A DNA stretch of 44,887 nucleotides from Escherichia phage vB_EcoS_Sponge, in the sequence record NC_073081.1, one strand, 5' to 3'. Position 1 is the first letter of the stretch. The number at the start of each line of letters is the position of its first letter. Below, piece after piece: positions 34,746 through 44,108 of the stretch. A program made the position numbers and the translations under genes. The notes under the pieces are model-generated. The model was not told where the DNA came from. It did not search any database and saw only the letters and a program-made list of their open reading frames with translations.

Positions 34746-36130
34746 TGCGTAACTATGCGGCAGAACACCGCGCACTGGAACGCGCGATCGCAAAGCGCAA
34801 CAGACCACCACGCCCGACACGCGTTGCGCAGGCGGTGCGTCTTTACCAGCCTGATTGCCTACCGCACCAGGTTGAACTACTGCGGGACACGAAGACTAAA
34901 ATCCTCGGCCTGTGCTCTGGCTTCGGCGGCGGCAAGTCATGGGTCGCAGCCCGTAAGGTAATCCAGCTTTTAACCCTGAACCCTGGTCATGATGGCATCG
35001 TTACAGAGCCGACTATTCCACTCCTGGTTAAGATCATGTACCCGGAATTGGAAAAGGCTTTCGACGAGGCTGGCTTCCGGTGGAAGTTCAACAAGCAGGA
35101 CAAGATCTATAGCGTTCTGGTGAAAGGCAAATGGACTCGCGTTATCTGTGAGTCGATGGAGAACTATACCCGCCTGATCGGGGTTAACGCCGCGTGGATT
35201 GTTGCCGATGAGTTCGACACCACGAAGCAAGACGTCGCAATGGCGGCATACCACAAATTGCTAGGTCGTCTGCGTGCGGGCGTGGTCCGTCAGTTTGTCA
35301 TTGTATCCACGCCGGAAGGCTTCCGGGCAATGTATCAAATTTTCGAGGTGGAGAAGGATAGCCAGAAACGTTTGATCCGGGCGAAGACCACCGACAACCA
35401 CCATTTACCGGCAGACTTTATCGACACGCTGCGCAGTCAGTACCCGGCCAACCTGATTGATGCGTACCTGAACGGCCTGTTTGTTAACCTTACGTCGGGC
35501 GCGGTGTACAAGATGTTCAACCGCGAGGAGAACGCCAGCACCGAAGAAGTGCAGCCGGACGACACGCTGATTATCGGTATGGACTTTAACGTCACTAAAA
35601 TGGCGGCGGTCGTATACGTCCGACGGCAGCGAATCACAGAGAACAAGGAGTTCCGCGACGAGATTCACGCGGTGGATGAATTTGTGGACCTGTTCGACAC
35701 CCCGGCTATGATTGCGGCGATCGAGGAGCGCTACCCCGATCATTGTGCCGCCGGTCGTGTTGTCGTCTACCCGGATAGCAGCGGCAAATCCCGCAAGACG
35801 GTCAACGCGTCGTCGTCCGATATCGCGCAACTGGAAGATGCGGGCTTCAATGTGGAATATGACAGCGTTAACCCACCTGTGAAAGACCGATTGATCGCGA
35901 TGAATACGATGATGTGCAACTCGAAGGGCGTGCGCCAGTATTTTGTCAACCTGGATAAATGCCCTACACTAGCGAAATGTCTGGAACAGCAGGTTTACGA
36001 CCTGAAGAAAGGCGAGCCGGATAAAACTGCCGGTGTAGACCACATGAACGATGCCGCGGGCTACCCTATTGCGCACTTGTTCCCTGTGATTCGTCCGATC
36101 GCCGTTGTTCCAACCGTAGACTTCTACTAA
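34745..36130 (+). CDS. terminase large subunit
   Basis: Walker A GFGGGKS, Walker B WIVADEFD, C-terminal nuclease-like acidic residues; 461 aa; followed by portal gene. Confidence 0.85.
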   Translation: MRNYAAEHRALERAIAKRNRPPRPTRVAQAVRLYQPDCLPHQVELLRDTKTKILGLCSGFGGGKSWVAARKVIQLLTLNPGHDGIVTEPTIPLLVKIMYPELEKAFDEAGFRWKFNKQDKIYSVLVKGKWTRVICESMENYTRLIGVNAAWIVADEFDTTKQDVAMAAYHKLLGRLRAGVVRQFVIVSTPEGFRAMYQIFEVEKDSQKRLIRAKTTDNHHLPADFIDTLRSQYPANLIDAYLNGLFVNLTSGAVYKMFNREENASTEEVQPDDTLIIGMDFNVTKMAAVVYVRRQRITENKEFRDEIHAVDEFVDLFDTPAMIAAIEERYPDHCAAGRVVVYPDSSGKSRKTVNASSSDIAQLEDAGFNVEYDSVNPPVKDRLIAMNTMMCNSKGVRQYFVNLDKCPTLAKCLEQQVYDLKKGEPDKTAGVDHMNDAAGYPIAHLFPVIRPIAVVPTVDFY

Positions 36131-36141
36131 GGAAACCAACC

Positions 36142-37662
36142 ATGACCGTTAACGTTGACAACCAGCACCCGCTCTATGCGCGCATCTCGCCAGAGTGGAA
36201 AATGATCCGTGATTGTGTAGCAGGGGAGCGCGCCGTGAAGGCGTGCGGCCCCTTGTACCTGCCGCATCCAGCAAGCGGCGACACCACCGACCCGAAATCA
36301 CGGGCACGCTATAAGGCATATAAGCAACGTGCTGTCTTCCTGAACGCCACCGCCCGCACACTGAATGCACTATTAGGCGTGGCCTTCGCCAAGCCTGTGA
36401 GTATGGACCTTTCCGGGGCAATGGCTGACCTGATTGATGACGTAGACGGCAGCGGGATGCCACTGGCGCAACTCCTGCGCGGCGCTATGTCGGAAGTGCT
36501 GCAATCGGGCCGCGCTGGCTTTATGGTGGACTACGACCGCCAGGCTAACTTTGATGAACTGGGTAACGTAGTGCCGCAGACAGCCGCTGAAATGGCGACA
36601 CACCGCCCGCTTATCCGCTTGTACACGGCAGAACAGATCATCAACTGGCGGCAGACCCACGGTATTGACACGCTAATCGTGCTGAAGGAGACGGACGAAA
36701 TCAGCACCGAAGACCCGGACGACTTCGCAAACCACGAAGTAACGATCTGGACCGAGCTTCGCATGATTGCAGGTAAGGCCCACGCCCGCCGCTGGTTTTA
36801 CAACGCTGACACGTCCGAGGTGCAGATGGACTTGCCGCGAGGCTTCACCCGCACCGACCTTGTACCATTGGTGGATGCCTCCGGTAATGCGCTAACTCAA
36901 CTGCCATTTTGCTGGTGTGGCGCGGTGGACAACAACGCGACACCGGACGCCGCACCGCTGGCGGATATTGCGTCCATCAACATTAAGCACTACAACGCCG
37001 AAGCGGACGTCGCCGAGATTGCGCACATCGTGGGGCAACCTACCCTCATTGCGACTGGTCTTACCCAATCATGGGCGGACAAGAACCTGAAAGGCGGCAT
37101 CGCGCTCGGGGCAACTAAGGGCGTTATCCTGGGCCAGAACATGGACGCCAAACTGCTTCAGGCGGAGGAGCGCAACTTGTCTGTTGCCCTATGTGAGCGC
37201 CGAGAATTGCAAATGGCTAAACTGGGCGCGGCCCTGGTCGAGAAGGGGACCGCACCTAAGACGGCAACCGAGGCGGCCTATGATGCACAGACTGATAACA
37301 GTATCCTGTCACTGATTGCCGGTAACGTCGAGAAGGCTTTCAACCGTGCGCTGCAAATCGTCAAGCTGTTCACGGGCGACACCGCAGATCAACGCGTAAC
37401 GCTGAATAAGTTCTACACCGAAATCACGGTTGACGCACAGCTTATGACCGCAATGATGGCGGGTGTGCAGACTGGTACGGTCCGTCTGGCGGACTTTATC
37501 AAGTGGATGATGGCCCAGGGCGTTATTGATGACTCGCAAACCGTCGAGCAGGTGGAAGACGAACTGCGAAATCAGAATCCATTGCCTCAAATGTCCCCGG
37601 ATGCGGTAGAATCGACCGAAGAAGCCCCGGACGAGGTAGCGGACAATGGCGAAGACAATTAA
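36142..37662 (+). CDS. portal protein
   Basis: 506-aa ORF directly after large terminase; acidic C-terminus; synteny. Confidence 0.75.
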   Translation: MTVNVDNQHPLYARISPEWKMIRDCVAGERAVKACGPLYLPHPASGDTTDPKSRARYKAYKQRAVFLNATARTLNALLGVAFAKPVSMDLSGAMADLIDDVDGSGMPLAQLLRGAMSEVLQSGRAGFMVDYDRQANFDELGNVVPQTAAEMATHRPLIRLYTAEQIINWRQTHGIDTLIVLKETDEISTEDPDDFANHEVTIWTELRMIAGKAHARRWFYNADTSEVQMDLPRGFTRTDLVPLVDASGNALTQLPFCWCGAVDNNATPDAAPLADIASINIKHYNAEADVAEIAHIVGQPTLIATGLTQSWADKNLKGGIALGATKGVILGQNMDAKLLQAEERNLSVALCERRELQMAKLGAALVEKGTAPKTATEAAYDAQTDNSILSLIAGNVEKAFNRALQIVKLFTGDTADQRVTLNKFYTEITVDAQLMTAMMAGVQTGTVRLADFIKWMMAQGVIDDSQTVEQVEDELRNQNPLPQMSPDAVESTEEAPDEVADNGEDN

Positions 37663-38749
37663 TCAATATATGGCGGATCGAATGATCCGCCGTCACATCT
37701 TCACCCAGCGCCTGAGTAATGACCAGGCGCGGAGGGTGTTGGCTATGTGGGAGAAGTTCCGGCCCACGTTACTGGGTAAGCTGACCGAGTTACTTGATGG
37801 TAAAAAGTCCATGAACAACAAGGCACTTACCACTCTGTTAACGCAACTCGACAAGACCGTCAAAACGGAACTGCGCACCGAGTTTAAGGCGTTGGCTGAA
37901 AGCCTTCAGGAGTTCGCCGACACCGAGGCCGATTATCTCGCCGACACATTAACGGCAGCGATCCAGCCGGTGGTCGCCGTACCGGCGGTCGAGGTGGTTG
38001 GCGTAGTGACCGGTGCGCAGATCGCAGCGACGGCAATGAAAAACCCGTTCCAGGGTAATACGATGATGCAATGGCCTGACTCACTTTCTGAGTGGACCAG
38101 GACGCAGATCGGTAATCAGGTGCGGGCGGGATTCATCCAGGGCAAGCCAACGATGGAAATTATCGCGGACGTGAGGCGCTCGCTAGGCGGTCGTAGTGCG
38201 CAAGCCATCTCAAGCGTTGTTAAGTCCGCAGTAAACCACTATGCGGCGACTGCCCGCGAACTAATGGTAAAAGCAAATGACGATATTCTCGAGGGTCGCC
38301 AATGGTTATCTACATTGGACACACATACTTCTCCCATGTGCCAGCTACGCGATCGCCTGTTTTATCCGGTTGATGTTACTCCCGACACCAAAGGAAAGCG
38401 CGGCGGGAAAGTGGTGGCTGGATCACAATATGGCGCTGGTCCTGGCAAGCTGCATTATTGCTGCCGTTCGACGGAGACGTGGAAAGTCAAAGGTATGGAA
38501 GATTGGCCCAGTGGTAAGCGTCCGGCACTGAAGGCTGACGCAGGCAGATTGCTGAGCGAGCAGGTAGACGCGCAGACTGATTTCTTCTCATGGGTGCAGC
38601 GCCAGCCGCGCCATATCCTGGAGGAGTTATATGGAGTGCAACGCGCCGACCAGATTATGCGCGGCGTGAAAGTGCCGAAGATGTTTACCGATTCTGGCGA
38701 ACTGATGACTATTGCGCAGCTTAAAAACCGGGGGTTATGGCGTGATTAA
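37646..38749 (+). CDS. head morphogenesis / minor head protein
   Basis: 367-aa ORF overlapping portal end; position (portal to minor head to scaffold to capsid). Confidence 0.5.
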   Translation: MAKTINQYMADRMIRRHIFTQRLSNDQARRVLAMWEKFRPTLLGKLTELLDGKKSMNNKALTTLLTQLDKTVKTELRTEFKALAESLQEFADTEADYLADTLTAAIQPVVAVPAVEVVGVVTGAQIAATAMKNPFQGNTMMQWPDSLSEWTRTQIGNQVRAGFIQGKPTMEIIADVRRSLGGRSAQAISSVVKSAVNHYAATARELMVKANDDILEGRQWLSTLDTHTSPMCQLRDRLFYPVDVTPDTKGKRGGKVVAGSQYGAGPGKLHYCCRSTETWKVKGMEDWPSGKRPALKADAGRLLSEQVDAQTDFFSWVQRQPRHILEELYGVQRADQIMRGVKVPKMFTDSGELMTIAQLKNRGLWRD

Positions 38750-39071
38750 ATATGCAGCAATCGGACTGGTTATCGGTCTGGTGGTAGGATTCTGGCTAGG
38801 TGACTCCTATCGTGCTGGCGTAGTGGCGGAGGCGGCGCAAGAAGCGCAAGCCGAAGCCCAACGGCAGCAAACTAAAGTTATTGAGCGCTCCGTGCAGGCC
38901 GAACAAGCCCGCGACGTAGAATACCGGACTATAACGAAAGAGGTTGTTAAATATGTTACGCGCCCTAACCGCCCTGATTGTAGTTTTGATGCTGAGCGCG
39001 TGCGGATCAAGCAACGTGCCGTTGATGCCGCTAACGGAGTCGGCACTGCGTCCGCCGTGCAAGTTCGATAG
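38742..39071 (+). CDS. i-spanin (Rz-like)
   Basis: N-terminal TM segment IKYAAIGLVIGLVVGFWLG followed by charged coiled coil (AQEAQAEAQRQQ); GTG 38742 start assumed (TTG 38712 also in frame). Confidence 0.5.
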   Translation: MIKYAAIGLVIGLVVGFWLGDSYRAGVVAEAAQEAQAEAQRQQTKVIERSVQAEQARDVEYRTITKEVVKYVTRPNRPDCSFDAERVRIKQRAVDAANGVGTASAVQVR

Positions 39072-39183
39072 CCCGTCCGCAGACCCCGACGAGGATTTGA
39101 TGATTGACGTGAAAAATATGGAATGTGGGGCGAAGCTAAGGGCGCAGGTGCTGGAGTTGCAGCAAATAATTAAGGGGCCGTAA
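38953..39183 (+). CDS. o-spanin (Rz1-like lipoprotein), overlapping i-spanin in +1 frame
   Basis: Signal peptide with lipobox LSAC, Pro-rich mature region; starts inside the i-spanin gene and extends beyond it. Confidence 0.5.
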   Translation: MLRALTALIVVLMLSACGSSNVPLMPLTESALRPPCKFDSPSADPDEDLMIDVKNMECGAKLRAQVLELQQIIKGP

Positions 39184-39194
39184 TGGCCCCTTTT
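39174..39194. terminator. bidirectional intrinsic terminator
   Basis: ggggcc-gtaat-ggcccc followed by TTTT on + strand; convergent minus gene ends at 39197. Confidence 0.65.
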
Positions 39195-39196
39195 CG

Positions 39197-39961
39197 TTAG
39201 CGCGGAATGCCGCAAATCTCGTTAAGTGTTTTCACGTCCAGCGCCACTGCCGTGGATTTTGGCTTGTCCGGGTACGGGATGAATTGCTCGACTTCAGGCC
39301 ATGCCTTAATAAGCTTCTTGTCAGTATTGTGCAGGTCCAGTACACCGGTAACGGTGAGTTTGAACGCATCATACTTCGCGCGCAACTCGCGACGGGCCTT
39401 GTCGTTGCGGTCCAGGCGCTTACAGAAGTCATGATCTGCAGGGTAGTCTACGCGACCGCGAGGGAGATATATCGGCAGCGCTTTCCCGTCCTCGTCCACT
39501 TCGCACACTGACGCGAGCATAACTGCCTCGAACCCAGGAACGATATCGCCGAGATCAGGCGCTAGCTTATTCATATATTTCTCTTCCCAGTACCCGCGAT
39601 GTATGCGGTATTGGCGACCGTCGCCGCTCAATGACAAGGTGCGAACATTGCCGCCTGCGTTGATTTCAAAGGTTGCGTTATAGACGCTGCCGATACCCTT
39701 CGGGCGGTCGGAGTTATAACTATACGTCGCCTTGTTGGTGTATACGCTGACGCCGTACATCTGCGACTGGTCATCGCGGATTAACAGGATATGCTCGCGG
39801 AGCGCTGCGAACGTGCGAATGCCTTCCGGCATACAGTCCAGCGTGATTGCGTACGCCAGGTCGCGAGAGTCCATCATGATTGTTTTGGCTTCGGTAGCGA
39901 TTTCGTGGTCGCGCAGGATGTTAGCCAGAATCTGGTTTTTAATGTCTTTTGTCAGTCTCAT
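39197..39961 (-). CDS. hypothetical protein encoded antisense within the head module (moron-like)
   Basis: 254 aa from ATG 39961 (GAGGA SD); lone minus-strand gene between spanins and scaffold, own terminator; no recognisable motif. Confidence 0.5.
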   Translation of the reverse strand: MRLTKDIKNQILANILRDHEIATEAKTIMMDSRDLAYAITLDCMPEGIRTFAALREHILLIRDDQSQMYGVSVYTNKATYSYNSDRPKGIGSVYNATFEINAGGNVRTLSLSGDGRQYRIHRGYWEEKYMNKLAPDLGDIVPGFEAVMLASVCEVDEDGKALPIYLPRGRVDYPADHDFCKRLDRNDKARRELRAKYDAFKLTVTGVLDLHNTDKKLIKAWPEVEQFIPYPDKPKSTAVALDVKTLNEICGIPR

Positions 39962-40110
39962 TTTTGTGTCCTCGTTGTTGGTGTGCAACCAATATAGTGC
40001 AACCAATACGCGGATTGCAAGCGAATTTTGCGATTATTTTTATCGCTGATAATATTAGAAGCGTGAAGTCGAGCGGGTGGCCTGCTCTGCCACAATCCCA
40101 GGGGGATAGC

Positions 40111-40815
40111 ATGAAACTTACTAAAGCAGAATATGACGCGTTGCCGGAAGGTATGAAGGCGCTTTTTGTTGCCGATGGCGACGGGTATAAATCAACGTTC
40201 ATGACCGCAGAAGAAGTACAGGCGGAAATCAAGGGTCTGAAAGAAAACAACGCGAAGCTGGTGAGCGAGAAGAAAGCAGAAGCCGAACGCCGCGCCGAAG
40301 CTGAGCGCCTTGCGAAAGAGAAAGAGGAAGCCGCCGCGCGCAAAAATGGCGACCTCGAAGCGATCGATAAGTCCTGGAAGGATAAGTTTGCGAAACACGA
40401 AGCAGATACATCGGGAAAAATCGAAGCCTACCGCAAGCAGATCCACGACCTAACCATCGGCAGCGCTGCCAAAGACCTGGCATCGAAGCTATTCGGTAAG
40501 AATGCTGGCATCATGCAACGCCACGTAATGGACCGCCTGACGCTGGAAGACGGCGAAGATGGCAGCTTGAAAGTGCGTGTCTTGCAGGATGGCAAACCGT
40601 CCGCGCTGACTATGGAAGAGCTTGAAAAAGAGTTCCGTAATAACGCCGATTTTGCATCCGTCCTGGCAGGCACGCCAGCCGGTGGCGCGCCTAGCAAACC
40701 GACGCAGGTTGTCGAAGATGTGAAGTCGAAAATCACTATGGGCCACAGCTTCGGTATCACTGACCTTACGAAACAGGCAGGTGAAATCATCGCTAAGATG
40801 GGCGACGACGAGTAA
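40111..40815 (+). CDS. scaffolding protein
   Basis: 234 aa, highly charged, Ala/Glu/Lys coiled coil (AEAERRAEAERLAKEKEEAAARK); immediately upstream of major capsid gene; GGGGGA SD. Confidence 0.6.
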   Translation: MKLTKAEYDALPEGMKALFVADGDGYKSTFMTAEEVQAEIKGLKENNAKLVSEKKAEAERRAEAERLAKEKEEAAARKNGDLEAIDKSWKDKFAKHEADTSGKIEAYRKQIHDLTIGSAAKDLASKLFGKNAGIMQRHVMDRLTLEDGEDGSLKVRVLQDGKPSALTMEELEKEFRNNADFASVLAGTPAGGAPSKPTQVVEDVKSKITMGHSFGITDLTKQAGEIIAKMGDDE

Positions 40816-40820
40816 GCAGA

Positions 40821-40844
40821 TTGCCCGCGAAAGCGGGCAATTTT
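40821..40844 (+). terminator. hairpin attenuator between scaffold and capsid genes
   Basis: ttgcccgc-gaaa-gcgggcaa followed by TTTT. Confidence 0.5.
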
Positions 40845-40912
40845 GCGAGCGCGTAAATCTAAGGTAACATTAACGTCACTGGGCGAATGCTCACAACTCA
40901 AAGGATTTCGAT

Positions 40913-42013
40913 ATGTCTTTAACAGTGTTCCAGCGTAAACTCGTTACCGCGGTTACGCAAATGATCCCCGACAACCTGAACGTTTTCAACGCCGCCGCCA
41001 ATGGCGCTGTTGTTCTCGGTACTGGTGAAGTGCTGAAGGACGTTATTGAGAAAATGTCCGTAGGCTTGATCGCCAACCTCGTTACCGACCGTAACGCCTA
41101 CGCCCCTGTCGGCACTCCGGCAACCGCGAAAGTTCTGGCGCGTATGCTGACCAACTCGGTTAACCTTTCCGCAAAAGTGGGTCCGGTAGCAATCACTAAG
41201 GCTATGATGGCTAAGATCGAAACCAACGTTAACAGCGTTGCGGCTGAGATTGCGGCACAGGCTACTCAAGCGATTATGCTGCACTACCTGAAAGCTGGTA
41301 TCGGCGCAAGTAAAGCGGCGATCGAAAGCAACGCAGCGGCAAAATACACCCAACCGGCGCGCGTTGACGGCGTTGGCGGTCGTACCTTCCCGACCCTGGC
41401 AGACTTCCCGCTGGCGGCTTCTAAGTTTGGCGATCAGGCGTCTTTGATTAAGTCCTGGTTTATGGACGGCGTTACCTGGGCAAACTTCATTGCGTACCAG
41501 GCACTCCCTTCCGCTGAACAGGTATTCGCAATTGGCGATCTACAGGTAATGGGTGATGGCCTGGGCCGTCGATTCATTATCTCCGATGCCGCTGCCGATG
41601 CTATGGGCGCTGGTAACATGCTGGGTCTGGTTCCTGGCGCGGTTGCAGTTACCACCAACGGCCTCGATATGCTGGCGCAGGAGAAAGGCGGTAACGAGAA
41701 CATCGAACGCTGGTGGCAGGGCGAGTTCGACTTCAACGTGGCCGTTAAAGGCTACCGACTGAAGGCGTCCGCTCGTACCCCGATCGAAGGTGTGCGCTCG
41801 TTCAAACTGGACGATATTACCACTTCCGCTAACTGGGAACTGGACCAGGGCCAGGTAGACAACGCACCGGCAACCGTGCAGGACGTTGGCGCTGTGGGTG
41901 ATGGCGATACTAAAGGCCGTCGTAAGACCCAGGCCGCACAGGCAGTGCCTACCCGTCACATCAAGGAAACGGCTGGCGTACTGGTTACGCTGACTGCGAC
42001 TACCGCGTCTTAA
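40913..42013 (+). CDS. major capsid protein
   Basis: 366-aa ORF after scaffold, AAGGA SD, strong terminator downstream; typical size and position. Confidence 0.7.
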   Translation: MSLTVFQRKLVTAVTQMIPDNLNVFNAAANGAVVLGTGEVLKDVIEKMSVGLIANLVTDRNAYAPVGTPATAKVLARMLTNSVNLSAKVGPVAITKAMMAKIETNVNSVAAEIAAQATQAIMLHYLKAGIGASKAAIESNAAAKYTQPARVDGVGGRTFPTLADFPLAASKFGDQASLIKSWFMDGVTWANFIAYQALPSAEQVFAIGDLQVMGDGLGRRFIISDAAADAMGAGNMLGLVPGAVAVTTNGLDMLAQEKGGNENIERWWQGEFDFNVAVKGYRLKASARTPIEGVRSFKLDDITTSANWELDQGQVDNAPATVQDVGAVGDGDTKGRRKTQAAQAVPTRHIKETAGVLVTLTATTAS

Positions 42014-42032
42014 CGGGCGCAAATCCCAAAGG

Positions 42033-42056
42033 GGCGGGCTTATGCCCGCCTTTTTT
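42033..42056 (+). terminator. strong intrinsic terminator after major capsid gene
   Basis: ggcgggc-ttat-gcccgcc followed by T6. Confidence 0.75.
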
Positions 42057-42071
42057 ATAGGAGTGAATACA

Positions 42072-42572
42072 ATGTATGGTGACCCGCAAACCTTTATTGA
42101 TTATGCCGCTGCGCGAGGCGTTGAAGTCACGCTGAGCGATGCAACGCGACACCTTACCGTCGCTAATGACTTCCTTAACGGCATCAACTGGATCGGAGAA
42201 CCCGCAGACCAGACTGGCATCGACGCATGGCCCCGCATCAATTACCAATCGGACGGTAAGCCGGTGCGCGACACGCTCACTGAAGTTGTGGCAGTAGTGC
42301 CTGCAGGGCAGATCGTAGATTTTGCATCAATCCCCATTGCCGTCGAGCAAGCCGTTTACAGGTTGGCGATGTTGGTGGCGGACGAGGTCGATATTTCTCC
42401 TGTTGGCAGTGGTAAGGAGACTATCCGTGAAACTGTCGGCCCGATCACGATGGAATATGACCCTGCGACGATTGGTAGCGGTGTCTCGTTCCCGTGGTGG
42501 GATGGCTTGCTGGGCCACTGGATTGGCTTAGACGGCAACGCAGCGGGTAATTTTGATGTATTCCGGGGGTAA
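42072..42572 (+). CDS. head-tail connector / neck protein (hypothetical)
   Basis: 166 aa from ATG 42072 (AGGAG SD); position between capsid and tail genes. Confidence 0.45.
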   Translation: MYGDPQTFIDYAAARGVEVTLSDATRHLTVANDFLNGINWIGEPADQTGIDAWPRINYQSDGKPVRDTLTEVVAVVPAGQIVDFASIPIAVEQAVYRLAMLVADEVDISPVGSGKETIRETVGPITMEYDPATIGSGVSFPWWDGLLGHWIGLDGNAAGNFDVFRG

Positions 42573-42676
42573 TATGAATCCTGCATTACTGGCGGCTATT
42601 ATCGCCGCAAATACTAAACGCCAACCAGAACCGGAGCCAGCACCAGAACCAGAACCACCGGTACAGGAGGATGATA

Positions 42677-43030
42677 ATGGCGGGCTTTAATTACGCAGGA
42701 TTAAAGCGGAAAGTGAATCCGCTGATTAAAAAGTTCGGCATGACCGTTACGGTTACGCGTCCTGGGTCGGTTGACCGCGTAGACGGCGACGAAGTGATAA
42801 TCCCGCCAACGTCGTTCGACGTCATCGGTCTTCGAGAGGAGTACAAGCCGAGCGAGATCGACGGGACGCGTATCGTTGCCGGTGATGTGAAGTTTTTGTG
42901 TCAGGCCGTCAAGCAGGTAAAGGTCGGGGATTTGGTTAGCCTGAACAATACAGACTACCGGGTTATCAATCCCAACCCCCTGCAACCGGCGGGCCAGACC
43001 ATGCTGTTTCAACTACAGCTAAGGGGCTAA
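42677..43030 (+). CDS. head-tail joining protein (hypothetical)
   Basis: 117 aa from ATG 42677, 7 nt after AGGAGG; synteny only. Confidence 0.45.
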   Translation: MAGFNYAGLKRKVNPLIKKFGMTVTVTRPGSVDRVDGDEVIIPPTSFDVIGLREEYKPSEIDGTRIVAGDVKFLCQAVKQVKVGDLVSLNNTDYRVINPNPLQPAGQTMLFQLQLRG

Positions 43031-43031
43031 C

Positions 43032-43625
43032 GTGGCTGAAGTCTACTCGTTCGCCGCCACTATTGCTACGTGGGTGGATAAGACGAAGGAGAACAACGAC
43101 AAGGCGGTGCGGGCGTACGGTATGCAAATACTCGGACGCCTGATCGAGATCTCCCCAGTGGGCGACCCCCGCCGGTGGAAAATTAACAGGGCTTACGCGC
43201 TCGCCCGCCAGCACGCAAACAAGGTGAACGCCGCACAGCGTCGCAAGAATGGCGGCAAACTGAAGCGTGGACAGAAGAAGCACGCAAGTGTGCTGGTATC
43301 ATTCAAGACTAAAAACGGCAACGTCACGTTCCGCCAGCGTGGCTGGGCTGCGAAGAATTACACCGGCGGACGCTTCCGGGGAAACTGGCAGGTTACGTTC
43401 GACCGCCCGGCTGTTGGCGCTATTGACCGCGTGGACAAGGCCGGAACGGCAACATTAGCCGCTGGGCGTGAAGTGTTAGCGCACTATGATTCGAGTGAAT
43501 ACGGGTCGATCTGGTTTACTAACAACGTGCCATACGCGCAGCGACTTGAGTATGGCTGGAGTAAACAAGCGCCAGCGGGGATTGTTCGCGTCGTAGCGGC
43601 AGAAATTAATTCGAAGGTGAAATAA
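43032..43625 (+). CDS. neck / tail completion protein (hypothetical)
   Basis: 197-aa ORF with GTG start after AAGGGG; synteny only. Confidence 0.45.
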   Translation: MAEVYSFAATIATWVDKTKENNDKAVRAYGMQILGRLIEISPVGDPRRWKINRAYALARQHANKVNAAQRRKNGGKLKRGQKKHASVLVSFKTKNGNVTFRQRGWAAKNYTGGRFRGNWQVTFDRPAVGAIDRVDKAGTATLAAGREVLAHYDSSEYGSIWFTNNVPYAQRLEYGWSKQAPAGIVRVVAAEINSKVK

Positions 43626-44047
43626 TGAGCAATACCGCAATCCGCAAAGCGCTTAACAGCGTGGTTGAAGAGTTATCGGCAAGCCTGAGCACAAGCCAGC
43701 GTCCGATTAGGGTTAACTGGGAGAACGTGAGCGGCGACCACGCAAACGGCAGCGGTGTCTACCTGGAGCCGTACCTGCTACCGGCCCCGACCCAGTTTGT
43801 GGGCTTACAGCAGAAGGGTCGGATCTATGCTGGCGTATATCAGGCTGCCGTGGTGTTTCCCGCAGGAACTGGAACACAGTACGCGAGCGAACTGGCGGAC
43901 GCCATCGCTACGTCTGATAAGTGGCTGGCGGTGAAGATTTCCGGTGCGTCATTTCAGCTTCAGGACGCGCCATACACCAGTTCAGTGATTGAAGACGTTG
44001 ATCGCGCCCGCATCGTGGTTACAGTACCCTACACCTGTTGCGCCTGA
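43625..44047 (+). CDS. tail terminator-like protein (hypothetical)
   Basis: 140-aa ORF TAATG-coupled to upstream gene; immediately before major tail gene. Confidence 0.45.
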   Translation: MSNTAIRKALNSVVEELSASLSTSQRPIRVNWENVSGDHANGSGVYLEPYLLPAPTQFVGLQQKGRIYAGVYQAAVVFPAGTGTQYASELADAIATSDKWLAVKISGASFQLQDAPYTSSVIEDVDRARIVVTVPYTCCA

Positions 44048-44108
44048 TTTGGCGCTATTCTGCGCGTGCTGTATCATTAAACCGTATATCTAAACAGGAG
44101 CGTTCATT

